Shown here: piece by piece, positions 34,560 through 46,716 of the stretch
Numbering within the stretch: position 1 is the stretch's first letter
How the letters are laid out: each line of letters opens with the position of its first letter
Assembly: GCF_964188315.1 (NCBI RefSeq)
Contig: NC_135673.1
Coordinates: forward strand, 20,088,001-20,152,000
Source of the DNA: Podarcis muralis
Taxonomy: Eukaryota
Length of the DNA stretch: 64,000 bases
Direction of reading: 5' to 3'
Notes under the pieces: model-generated
What the model was told of the DNA's origin: nothing
The model's database searches: none
What the model saw: the letters and a program-made list of their open reading frames with translations, nothing else
Position numbers and translations under genes: made by a program

Positions 34560-35056
34560 TATATGCAACCTGAGCATACTATGGAGGGGTTCAAAGCATT
34601 ACACTCAAAACAGGTTCTCACTCTCTCGTCGGCTGCAATGTTGGGTCCAAAACTGCCAGCCCACAATTGCGCTCTGACCCCGCTTTCTCTAGCTGACAAA
34701 CTGCTTTCCAAATGTTAACTAACTTTCCTTCAGCTTACATCACCTCCCACTCCAATTCCACCCTCCCCTCTGAAACTCTGCCTTTTTTGTCTCTTACTAT
34801 CTCTCAATCCAGGCTCTACCCTTCTGCCTCCAGCAGAGAGTTTTTGCCTTGTTGATAGTCATCACACTGTCTTTATTTGCTTAATGACTCATGCTGGCCT
34901 GGACGCAGGAAGATTGTTTGGGCTGTATTTTACCCATGCTAAACACAGTGTCTGGCAATCAGAACTTAGGAGACTCCGGGCACCCCACAAATTCATCAAA
35001 ATATGCACAAAAGGAGGCTCTGGGGGGTTTCAGTGGGTCAAGGCCAGAGCCTCTGA

Positions 35057-36210
35057 CAACAACAACAACAACAACAAAATTTATTTTTTATACCCCGCCC
35101 ATCTGGCTGGGTTTCTCCAGCCACTCTGGGTGGCTTCCAACAAAATATTAAAATACAATAGTCTATTAAACATTAAAAGCTTCCCTAAACAGGGCTGCCT
35201 CCAGATGTCTTCTAAAAGTCTGGTAGTTGTTTTTCTCTTTGACATCTGGTGGGAGGGCGTTCCACCGGGCGGGTGCCACTACCGAAAAGGCCCTCTGCCT
35301 GGTTCCCTGTAACTTGGCTTCTCGGAGCGAGGGAACCGCCAGAAGGCCCTCGGCGCTGGACCTCAGTGTCCGGGTAGAAAGATGGGGGTGGAGACGTTCC
35401 TTCAGATATACTGTACCGAGGCTGTTTAGGGCTTTAAAGGTCTGCACCAACACTTTGAATTGTGCTCGGAAATGTACTGGGAGCCAATGTAGGTCTTTCA
35501 AGACCGATGTTATGTGGTCTCGGCGGCCACTCCCAGTCACCAGTCTAGCTGCCACATTCTGGATTAGTTGTAGTTTCCGGGTCACTTTCAAAGGTAGCCC
35601 CACATAGAGCGCATTGTAGTTGTCTAAGCGAGAGATAACTAGAGCATGCACCACTCTGGCGAGACAGTCTGCGGGCAGGTAGGGTCTCAGCCTGTGTACC
35701 AGATGGAGCTGATAAACAGCTGCCCTGGACACAGAATTGACCTGCACCTCCATAGATAGCTGAGTCCAAAATGACTCCCAGGCTGCGCACCTGGTCCTTC
35801 AGGAGCACAGTTACCCCATTCAGAACCAGGGAGTCCTCCACACCTGCCTGCCTCCTGTTCCCTAAAAACAGTACTTCTGTCTTGTCAGGATTCAACCTCA
35901 ATCCATTAGCCGCCATCCATCCTCCAACTGCCTCCAGACACACAGGACCTTCACCACCTTCACTGGTTTTGAGCTGAAAGAGATGTAGAGCTGAGTATCA
36001 TCTGCATACTGATGAACACCCAGCCCAAACCCCCTGATGATCTCTCCCAGCGGTTTCATATAGATGTTGAAAAGCACGGGGGAAAGGACGGAACCCTGAG
36101 ACACCCCACAAGTGAAAGCCCGGGGGCCTGAACACTCATCCCCCCCACCACCACCACTTTCTGAACACGGCCCAGGAGGAAAGAGCGGAACCACTGTATA
36201 ACAGTGCCCC
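35057..36210 (-). mobile_element. 5'-truncated L2-clade LINE
   Basis: GVSQGSVLSPVLFNIYM..HQYADDTQLY, LNPDKTEVL, HALVISRLD..LHWLPVH. (GTT)n tail; several frameshifts. Confidence 0.85.
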
Positions 36211-36244
36211 CTGACTATTGGTTTAAAAACCAATATTGGTTTTA

Positions 36245-36352
36245 AGAAGAAGAAGAGGAGTTTGGATTTGATATCCCGCTTTATCACTACCCGAAGGAGT
36301 CTCAAAGCGGCTAACATTCTCCTTTCCCTTCCTCCCCCACAACAAACACTCT
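36245..36352 (-). mobile_element. 3' fragment of a squamate SINE with a (TCT)n tail
   Basis: Minus strand gttgtgggggaggaagggaaaggagaatgttagccgctttgagactcc..aactcctcttcttcttc. Family assignment is from recall. Confidence 0.55.
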
Positions 36353-36699
36353 ATTAAACCAATAGACTAGCCTGACTATTGGTTTAAAAACAGGAAATTT
36401 TTAAAATGTTGCATAAATGGAGCAAAATTCAGGCAAATAGTAAAAGAAATAAATATGCATCCTGACACTGATGCTAGTTTAAGATACAGAACTTTGATGC
36501 TATTCTTTTTTTACTGAAAAAATGTGACCTAACCTAAAAAATGTGACCTGGGAGAGACCAAGTTTCAAATCCTGCTACTTGGCCGTGTTTACTGAGCACC
36601 ACCTTGGGAGTCAGTCACTGCCTCTCAACCTAACCTACCCCACACAGTGTTGTTGTGAGGGCAAAATGAGAATGGTGAGAATATGCCAGAGTTCTGATA

Positions 36700-37085
36700 G
36701 CCCAGAAATGGAAAACACCGGAATTACCAACTGTGAAGGAGTGGCAGACAAAGATGGTTGAATATGCGGAATTAGCAAAACTGACCCATAGGATTTTTAG
36801 TCAGGAGGAAACAAGGTACCAAAAAGAATGGAGTAAATTTATGGTCTATATAAGCGAGAACTGTAGAAACTTGAAGACGTTAGCAGTACTGAAATAAAAC
36901 TTATGTCATGGCTTAGTTACTACTAAGGAACTGTGGATTAGATTGGAATAAGAAAACCTGCAGAAGGGAAGGAGGGAAGTCAACTGCTCCACGGAGTGTA
37001 AAATAAGACAGATGTAAAAAGATTTGAAATATCTGTGTATTTTGTTGGTGTATTTGAAATAAAAACTTAACAAAAAGCATTTTTT
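36700..37085 (+). mobile_element. L1/Tx1-type 3' fragment
   Basis: AQKWKTPELPTVKEWQTKMVEYAELAKLTHRI resembles 28818-29063 ([29 protein letters not shown]). Confidence 0.7.
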
Positions 37086-37699
37086 TAAAAAAAAGAGAGA
37101 ATGGTGAGAATAATGTGTACTACCTTGAGCTCCTTGAAGGAAAAGTTGGGATAGAAATGTAATCAATATTGAAATAAATAAATTTGCACCCTTCGTTTTC
37201 CACTTTGTAGAAATGTGGTTTTATTATTGGAGATACACTCTTGAAAGCCATGATTATGGATCTGAAGCATAAATTGTATCTCCTGTGGTTTTGACCCACA
37301 AAAAATTAATCAGGATTCAGGAAAAGTCACGTTCACTTTCTTGCTGATTCAGCAGTTTCATGTGGGATTTTATATTTTCTGACTCGCCGATCAAATAGAG
37401 GTGGACCCCCATTCGGCAATTCCTACGATGGCAGAGATTCCTGCATTGCAGGAGGTTGGACTAGTGTTTCCCAACCTTGTGCCTCCAGCTGTTAGATGAC
37501 CCTCGGTACCCTTGCACCTCTGCAATCCTATAATACTATGGATCTGTATTAGTGGAGATGGTAGAATAGCAACAACAATAACAGTATAATACCTGGGAGC
37601 CACCTTCGTGGGATTAATATCCTGAAAGGTGGTGTGATGTTAACAATAACAGCACCTAACGTCCATCTACCTTTCTCAGCCTACAACTCCCATCAGGCC

Positions 37700-38420
37700 C
37701 CGCCAGCGCTACCACCGCCCCACCAGTCTAGCGCCGTCCAATCAGCCCGCCGGCCGTGCTAGCCGATGGGAGTTATAGTCCAAATTTCCAGGTTGGGGAA
37801 GGGACGCTGTCTCTCATTGTCATATTTCAAAACTTGGGGGGACATAGTGTGCGTGTGACTCAGAGTTGTGGGGGAGTAGAAGACAGGCCCTTATGCTCCC
37901 TTATGAGAAATTCGGCTCTCTCTTTCCCCACCAGCGGCCCCGCGCCCTGCACCCCGCCTCTGGCTTCAGACCTAGGCCTCCTTCGTTGCTATGACAACAG
38001 AAGCTCCTGAACGATGGCGCGGTATGATGACGCACACGCGGTAGGGGGCGTGGTCGCTGGCCACGTCGTCGCTCCATAGTAGCTGGGTCCAAGATGGCGG
38101 CAGCCGAGGAAGCGGCAGCGATGCGGGCTGATGGAGGCACAAAGCCGCTGGTGGGTCGGGAGGAGAGGCGAAGGGAGGGGAGGGGAGGGGAACCGGCTGA
38201 AGAAGGCCGCGGGGAGGGCGTGAGACCCCCTCACGCGCAGGGCTGACTGACGGAACTCCCTGCCACAAGATTGGGATGACGTCAGAAGCAGGGCGCTCCT
38301 GGACCCCAAGACTTCCTGCCCGACTAAAATGCTTGTGACCCCACTCTCCTCCCCTGATAGCGCTCTCGGAGAGAGGGAGAAGACCAAGGGCAGCCGAACC
38401 TCCATATCCCAGGCAGTCTA
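37700..38420 (+). promoter_or_regulatory. CpG-island promoter of YIPF6
   Basis: High CpG density against a CpG-poor background. GC box (38044), GCCACGT (38060-38066), YY1-type CAAGATGGCGGC over the ATG, and a full CRE TGACGTCA (38277-38284). Confidence 0.8.
38094..38150 (+). CDS. YIPF6: YIPF6 exon 1
   Basis: aagATGG.. encodes [19 protein letters not shown], then gtgggt; 57 nt, phase 0. Confidence 0.85.
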
Positions 38421-41400
38421 CCTCTGAGCACCAGCCAGATACTCTGGAAAGGCAGCTCCGGGCTTCTTCCTGCCTCCACCCTCCTCCTTCGTTGGTTCCC
38501 TAGGAGGCTGGGACCCTCGAGCTGACCCAACAAGGCTGTTGTGTTCTTACGTTTAAATTGAAAAGAGGCGAGTGGGGGCTGATAACTGCAGCCTCCCTCC
38601 CTCTGTGGTTGCAATCTGCATTGCCATCAGCATTATTCTTGCTATTATTCTTGCTGCAAATCATTACCAGCCTTTCAGTCATATGTGGGTCACAAAAATT
38701 GAAATGAGCTTAATATTGAAGCGCAATCTTAAAAATAATTTGAAACAACTTTAAGAAACAGGCCCCCAAATTTTGTTGAATCTATATTTGTCAGTGAATA
38801 TTATTGTTGTTATTATTTATTAACTTTCTATACTGCCCATCAAAGGTTCACTGGGCTCTTTACAATATAAAAACACAAAAATACATAACATAGTAACAAA
38901 GAAAAACAATAACCTCCCCCAAAGTCATTTTATTATTTATTAAATTTCTATGAGAGCTGCAATAGTGTAAAATAGGATGCTCCTAATTAGAAGATACATA
39001 TATCTGGTAGGCAAATGCTGGAATCCTAACAGCACCATGTTCTGCAGGTGTCCAGCCTGTTGGTGCATTGCAGGAAGTTGGACTAGATAGTCCTTGGGGG
39101 TACCTAGAATTCTAAAATTCTGTGATTCATTGGAGGTTTTTAAGCAGAGGTTTGATGGCCACCTGTCAAGGAGATGTGCAGGGAGTTGGACTCGAAGACC
39201 TTAAGCGTCCTTTTCCAGCTCTACAGCTCAGTTACTCAATGTAGAGCTTTAGTCTGACCTAAAAAAGCAATCATAACCATACATTGTATGTCCCCCCCCC
39301 AAAGAATGCTACCCCTCCCCGCTTTTGCATGCTTAAACTTCAAGTGTTATATCATTTGTTTCAGTCCTTTAAAATTGTAAACTGGCTTGGGTGCCTTGCA
39401 GAAAGGTGGTTCATAAAAGCTAATAATAACAATAATTAAAAGTGTGTTGAAAATATGCAGTTTGCAGGCCTTGCAGATGTGTCAATATCGGAAGATATTC
39501 CAGTAGAAGGAGAAATCACAGTTCCTGTGGGATCTCGTTCCCCTGACGAAGACAACTCCACCCTGGATGAGCCGGTTAAGGACACAATTGTAAGTGTCTT
39601 GTAGAGGCTGAGGGGTAGAAATTTAAAATAATATCTTAAAATGGTGTAATCTGAGTTTCCAAAGTGCTTGCAATTTATGCAGGTTAATTTCGGGGATTGG
39701 CAAAACCATATCACCTCTTCAACCAAAGATGTGTCTTACAGTAATTAATAATGTGGAAATTTAAGTGGCTCTGGCACACTGCTCACTTGATGGGTGTGTA
39801 ATAATTAGATTGTGCCATAGGGCACAACTCAAGAGTAAGCTTAGTTTGACCCTGTTGCAGGGACCCTGTCAGAAGTCATGAAAATAAAAAACATGCATCA
39901 CAGTTCAATCTTATTGTCTGTAACACAATATCTTAATGTTAACATGGCATGCCATATGTCAGTCTATAACTCAGTGGTAGAACCTTGTGTGCAGATGGTC
40001 CCGGGTTCAACCCCCTAATGACATGTCCACATAGGGCCAGGATAGGTCCCTGCCTGGAGCCCTGGAGAGCTGTTGCTGCCAGTCAGTGTAGATAATACTG
40101 AGTCTGACTCAGTATAAGGCAGCCCCCTACATTCCTATGAAGGCATCTAGGAGTCTTGCTGCTTGTTCCAGGCTGAGGGGGTGGGAGTGGTTTGCGTGTC
40201 ACAGTATACCTGTCATTTTTGCTGTTCTACATTGACATAGCAGGGAGGCCTGGATTAGGCCCATTGCTGCTAGCTGGAGTGCCTCAAGAGCCAGTGAATC
40301 CTTGGTCAGCCCAGCTTTACCATACAAATGCCCTGTTTTGTGGGTCTGCACCAGCAACCACTGATGATAGCTTCTGCTCACCATGCATTCAGCTCAGTGG
40401 AAGCACTCTGTTGATAGAACCTGGCAGAGAGGAACCTGGGCCATGTTCTGACCCCATCCAGCCTGTCAGTTTGTGGGGCGGGGGAGAGGGTTAGCAGTGC
40501 TCTAGTAGCGTCCTTTAACCGAAAATTTGTACAGCCCAGTAATACAGCCCATTCCTCAAACTTTTCAGATGCGGGACCTGAAGGCAGTTGGGAAGAAATT
40601 CGTCCATGTCATGTATCCCAAAAAGAGCAGTGCCCTCCTGAGAGACTGTACGTGCCAGATTCATTTCAAAGCTTTGAAACCTGTGGAAATATATCCACCT
40701 TTTCCTCTTACTAACCTGTCTAAAAATCAGCATTTTTTTCAAGCAAGGGAGTAACACGAGGAATTCAGAGGTGTGGTGGGGAGGGAAGAGAAGTTTTAAG
40801 TGAAATATTTGGTGGGTTAAATTCTCCATTTGAAACTTAATGTAGTGATACAGGGATTTGACCTGACATTTGTGCCTAAACAACTCAGGCCCCAAATACC
40901 CCAAAGGCCACCTTCTTCCCTACAGACCTTTGGGTGCTGAGGGGGCTAAATGTGTAGCCTTCAGAGGATACAGACCCATTTTATTTCTGTGGTTGCAAGT
41001 CATTTAAACTCTTCTTAATATACTTTTTTAATGTAACATGCCCTAGGGCCTTAGGACAAAGCATGGGGAATAAATAAACAATTTGATGCCCTACAATCAA
41101 GAGTGACTGGGGAGGCAGAGAGTGGCTGGAGGAAAAGGAAATCATGCTTTTCTTTAGTTCCCCACCCCTTCATTGGTTTTCTTTCTCTTTCTTTTCTTCC
41201 AGGGGATTTATGGGGTCCTCTAGTCCTGTGTGTTTTACTTGCCCTGTAAGTACAAACATTCCTCCCTTCCCCTTCGTTGCTCTGGGATTTGTTGGGGGAA
41301 ACAGCCAAATGCAGTGCTGAAGCTACAATAATAAAGCAATGTAGAATATGAATAAAACAATGCCACACTAATATTTTTTTTAAGCCAGCATTTTTAAAGA

Positions 41401-44400
41401 TTATGATTTTCAGGATCATAGAATCATAGAGTTGGAAGAGACCACAAGGGCCATCGAGTCCAACCCCCTGCCAAGCAGGAAACACCATCAGAGCACTCCT
41501 GACATATGGTTGTCAAGCCTCTGCTTAAAGACCTCCAAAGACGGAGACTCCACCACACTCCTTGGCAGCAAATTCCGCTGTCGAACAGCTCTTACTGTCA
41601 GGAAGTTCTTCCTAATGTTTAGGTGGAATCTTCTTTCTTGTAGTTTGGATCCATTGCTCTGTGTCCGCTTCTCTGGAGCAGCAGAAAACAACCTTTCTCC
41701 CTCCTCTATGTGACATCCTTTTATATATTTGAACGTGGCTATCATATCACCCCTTAACCTCCTCTTCTCCAGGCTAAACATGCCCAGCTCCCTTAGCCGT
41801 TCCTCATAAGGCATCGTTTCCAGGCCTCTGACCATTTTGGTTGCCCTTCTCTGGACACGTTCCAGTTTGTCAGTGTCCTTCTTGAACTGTGGTGCCCAGA
41901 ACTGGACACAGTACTCCAGGTGAGGTCTGACCAGAGCAGAATACAGTGGCACTATTACTTCCCTTGATCTAGATGCTATGCTCCTATTGATGCAGCCCAG
42001 AATTGCATTGGCTTTTTTAGCTGCCGCGTCACACTGTTGGCTCATGTCAAGTTTGTGGTCAACCAAGACTCCTAGATCCTTTTCACATGTACTGCTCTCA
42101 AGCCAGGTGTCCCCCATCTTGTATTTGTGCCTCTCATTTTTTTTGCCCAAGTGCAATACTTTACATTTCTCCCTGTTAAAGTTCATCTTGTTTGTTTTGG
42201 CCCAGTTCTCTAATCTGTCAAGGTCGTTTTGAAGTGTGATCCTGTCCTCTGGGGTGTTAGCCACCCCTCCCAGTTTGGTGTCATCTGCAAATTTGATCAG
42301 GATGCCCTTGAGTCCATCAGCCAAGTCGTTGATAAAGATATTGAATAAGACCGGGCCCAAGACAGAACCCTGTGGCACCCCACTAGTCACTCTTCTCCAG
42401 GATGAAGAGGAACCATTGATGAGCACCCTTTGGGTTCGGTCAGTCAGCCAGTTACAAATCCACTGAGTGGTAGCATAGTTAAGACCGCATTTTACCAGCT
42501 TCTTTACAAGAATATCATGGGGCACCTTGTCAAATGCCTTGCTGAAATCAAGGTAGGCTACATCCACTGTGTTCCCTTCATCTAACAGGCTTGTAATTCT
42601 GTCAAAAAACGAGATCAGGTTAGTCTGACATGACTTATTTTTCAGAAATCCATGCTGACTATTGGTGATCGCAGCATTCCTTTCTAGGTGCTCACAGACT
42701 GTTTGCTTAATGATCTGCTCCAGAATCTTCCCTGGTATTGATGTCAGACTGACTGGGCGATAATTATTTGGGTCCTCTCTTTTCCCCTTTTTGAAAATAG
42801 GGACAACATTTGCCCTCCTCCAGTCTGCCGGGACTTCGCCTGTTCTCCAGGAATTCTCAAAGATGACTGCCAGTGGTTCTGAAATCACATCTGCCAGTTC
42901 TTTTAATACTCTTGGATGCAGTTCATCTGGCCCTGGAGACTTGAATACATCTAGACTAGCCAAGTATTCTTGTACTATCTCCTTAGTTATTCTGGGCTGT
43001 GTTTCCTCTGCTGAAGGAAACTATCCTCATATAGGGCCTAATCTGGGTTTGGCAGTTGCTGCAACAGGCTATGGGCTACACACAAGGGCTTCTCCTTTTT
43101 GGCAGAGGGTAAAGTTTATTTTTTATTTATTACATTTATATCCTAATTTTCCTCCCAGGAAGCTCAAGATGGTGTACAAGGTTCTGGTCCTCCCTGCCCT
43201 TTTGTCCTCACAACAACCCTGTTAGGCTGAGAGTGCAAGGTCACACCCAGTGAGCTACATGGCCAAATGGGAAGATTTGAACCATGATCTCTCCTAGGTC
43301 CTAGCTTGACACTGAAACCATTATGCTACATTGGCTCAACAGCCACATCCCTCAACTCGGCACCAATGTGGCAGCGAATTCTGTTGATACAGAGGGCAGT
43401 GAAGAAGTAACTGCATGCCATCCAGACTTCTTATTTAACTTAATTACAGCACATTGCCCTTTTCTCCAAGGAGTTTGTGGTGGCATACATGATTCTTCCC
43501 CTCCTTAATCCCATCAACGACCCTGTGTGGTAGGTCAGGCTGAGTGACTGGCTCGGTGAGCTTCATGGCTGAGAGGGGATTTGAACCTTGGTCTCTCCCA
43601 GTCCCTAGTCTGACACTCCTAAACCAACGCACCAGTTCTCCAGATTTGCCCACTGTTTGCTGCTGATCTAATTCCCTTGTTTCCCCCACTTTCCCAGAAT
43701 GCTTCAGGGAGGAGCAGCAAATAGCACGGAAGACAGAGGTCCCCAGTTTGCAGAGGTCTTCGTCATCATTTGGTTTGGAGCCGTTGTCATCACACTGAAT
43801 TCCAAGCTGCTTGGAGGGACCATGTGAGTGTGTGGTGGGTGGGTGCTGTAACCATGTTCTCTGGTGGCAGGGGTCTGGGGAGATGGGAGAGAGGCAGCCC
43901 TCCTTGCAAAGCTGTTCCCCACATCTTCCTTTTTTGCTTGAGTAACGACGAAGAGTCCCTTTGAAAAACAAGAAATCCCTGAGATTGTAGGCAGCCCAGT
44001 CAACCCTGATGCCAAGCCACATTCATTTCCAATATCCGAAGAGGGCAATGCAGAACTAGTTTGTAAAACTCTTTATTATATATTTGTTGTCTGCAGCTAA
44101 ATTGAGTTATCACTCAGGGATGCAGAAATTACATTGGACTTCCCCATTCCCATTAGGTTTCAGAAGGCCCTATGCATCCCAATTTCAGAAAAGTTTACAC
44201 ATGATACGTATTTCAAGAGGCACTACCTAGCCAAATAAAGTCATATTTAGTCCCCACCAAATTTTACTTTATTTGGTACTGATTACATACTAATGCCCGC
44301 TATTACTAGTGCTCTCTGTTCATGCTAGAACAATAACCTTTTATAGTCTAACCTTAGATTGCAAACTGCTTTGCGGTTTTTCTTTAACAATGCAGCGGTG

Positions 44401-46716
44401 TATAAATTTTATGAGATAAAAATAAAATAACTGAACCTCTTCACGTTCCGGTGTTCTATGCAACCATGTACAATGGCTCTCTTAATAGCATGCCACTAAC
44501 TGACTCATTGTTTTGTTTTGTTGTTAAATATGTTGATTATTTAATTAACCTTTTTTATATTGTAAAAAACATTAATCCATTAAGGCCTCTGCCAAAGACT
44601 GCCATCTTAGGCTGCACCGTGTGCATTCTCATTTGAGAACAGACTCTGTTGAGTCTCTCTTTCTGCTGGATGTTTGCACATTCTGGAGAAAAGGAAATCT
44701 TTTTCAGCCGTAAGAGGCAGAGCTATGCTTCAGTGTCCCATGGACTCAAATGTCAGTGTCCATATTTGTATGTAAATGCTTATAATTTCATAAAATTTAT
44801 ACACTGCTTGATTGTAAAAACAAACCTCAAAGCAGGTTACAAAGAGACTAAAACAATCAAATTATCAGTGAAAACAGTTTAAAAGAACTACAGGCAAAGG
44901 CTACATTGAAGGTTATCACATGCATTGGCAGAGTGTGCCTAAACCCACCCCATTACGCCCCCTTTTCCTGCCACTTCTGGGTTTGTGGTGATACGTGTTC
45001 TTTGAATGTGCGCAAAATGGGAGTAGACTGTATTTAAAACATTTTTTAAAAAAATTAATTAAAAAACAGATTAAAACATACATCAATATTCTACATGCCT
45101 GAGTAGGCTTGTCTAAACACAAATGTTTCCAGCAGGTGCTGAAAAGAGCGGGGAAGCCATGAGCTTGACATCAATAGGCAGGGAATTCCAAAGTAGAGCT
45201 GCTGCCCTGCCACTTAGTCATATGCACTTCTCAAACCACATAACCACAAAGCCCTTAAGGTGGCATGGCATAAGCTTTGTTGTGAAGCCTCTGGCCGTTC
45301 ATGAGGGGTAATTTATGCTCCCCAATATGCTTTTGGACTGCTGTCTGGAGACCAGAATCCAGAAGCTGACCATCTGTGCTCCAGAAGTGAGTGCAATACA
45401 CCTGCCCTTTCTCTTCCCCACACCCACCCAGAATTTAATGCTGTTTCTTCCTTCCCAAGATCTTTTTTTCAGAGCCTCTGTGTCCTGGGTTACTGCATTC
45501 TCCCCTTGACGGTGGCTCTCCTGGTCTGCAGGCTTGTCCTGCTAGCAAGCTCTGATACTCCTGGCTTCATTGTGCGTCTCTTAGTCGTGGTGGCCATGTT
45601 TGCCTGGTCGACGCTAGGTATGTTTGAGAATGAAGTGCAGTCTGGAACCTTTTCAGTCCTGTCTGCAAAAGCCCCCATGAGCTCAGCAGGGTTGCGTCCT
45701 CCAATTCACATCTTTGATTTGTCCAGCACTGTCAGTAAGTAGCTAGGAGAGAGCTGCTTAAAAACATTACAGAAGAAGCGGAGCTCGTCTGTGTGGCAAT
45801 GATGCCCCCCCCCCCCGTTTTCTTCAGGGTTAGCATTTCGTTCAGCTGGTAGCATGTTTGACTCTGGCGTTCTGCAGTCTAATGCATGGAGAAAGCAAAT
45901 AGAGAAAAGTTTTTCTCCCTCGTAACACTCATGGACATCCAGTGAAGCTGAATGTTGGGAGATTCAGGACAGAGAAAAGGAAGTCCTTCCATCACAGAGT
46001 TCAGAGTTAAACTATGGAACTCACTCCCACAAGAGGCAGTGGCCACCAACCTAGATACCTTTATAAGAGGATTCGACAAATTCATGGATGAGGAGAAGGC
46101 TAGTCATGGTTACTAGCCATGATGGCTGTGCTCTACCTCTACAGTCAGAGGCAGCAATGCTTCTGAACACCAGTTGCTGAAAACCACAGGAGGGAAGAGT
46201 TGCTCTTGTACTCAGATACTGCTTGAGGGTCTCCACAGGCATCTGGATGGCCACTCTGCAAACAGGATGCTGAACTAGATGAGACCCTGGCCTGATCCAG
46301 CAGACTCTTATGTTTTTAAGATGCTATCTAAATTTTCAGGTTGGTGTCCAGTGTTCCCGTTCCATTAATGCAAGGGACATGTGACAGTGGAATAGAACTT
46401 TCCTGTTCCCTCTGCTCCCCCTTGCACACCTTCACATAAGCTCTGGAGGGTTGGGAGGTGTCCTCCTGGGAAGATTTTGGGGTGCATGTAGGACACAGAA
46501 TAAATGTAGGTGCTGCTGGGGCTGCTTTGGATACAACCGCAATTTTCTGCTTTTTCAACTGTCTGTGTGTATTCTAAATATTCCTTCTCTTTCTTTTCAG
46601 CATCCACTGCTTTCCTGGCAGACAGCCAGCCCCCAAATCGCAAAGCCCTGGCAGTCTACCCCATCTTCCTCTTCTATTTCGTCATCAGCTGGATGATCCT
46701 CACCTTTGCCCCATAG
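38094..46716 (+). CDS. YIPF6: Protein YIPF6 (Yip1-domain Golgi membrane protein), 7 exons, 235 aa: join(38094-38150, 39461-39589, 40569-40647, 41203-41245, 43698-43823, 45460-45617, 46601-46716)
   Basis: Exons sum to 708 nt in one open frame with GT-AG introns. The protein matches YIPF6 along its length: [73 protein letters not shown]. Confidence 0.95.
39461..39589 (+). CDS. YIPF6: YIPF6 exon 2
   Basis: [43 protein letters not shown], then gtaagt; 129 nt. Confidence 0.92.
39963..40137 (+). mobile_element. tRNA-derived SINE, degraded; same family as 11569-11762
   Basis: ctataactcagtggtaga..gggttcaa..ccagtcagtgtagataatactgag. Confidence 0.65.
40569..40647 (+). CDS. YIPF6: YIPF6 exon 3
   Basis: ttttcag|[26 protein letters not shown], then gtacgt; 79 nt. 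Confidence 0.94.
41203..41245 (+). CDS. YIPF6: YIPF6 exon 4
   Basis: ttccag|(W)[13 protein letters not shown](L), then gtaagt; 43 nt. Confidence 0.92.
41414..43005 (-). mobile_element. Young 5'-truncated CR1 LINE with an uninterrupted RT ORF (491 codons)
   Basis: [47 protein letters not shown] and KFADDTKL, with no stops or frameshifts over 41488-42963. (attctatg)n tail. Confidence 0.93.
43698..43823 (+). CDS. YIPF6: YIPF6 exon 5
   Basis: ttcccag|[41 protein letters not shown], then gtgagt; 126 nt. Confidence 0.94.
45460..45617 (+). CDS. YIPF6: YIPF6 exon 6
   Basis: cccaag|[52 protein letters not shown], then gtatgt; 158 nt. Confidence 0.94.
46601..46716 (+). CDS. YIPF6: YIPF6 exon 7 (terminal)
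   Basis: ttttcag|(A)[37 protein letters not shown]. Confidence 0.94.
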
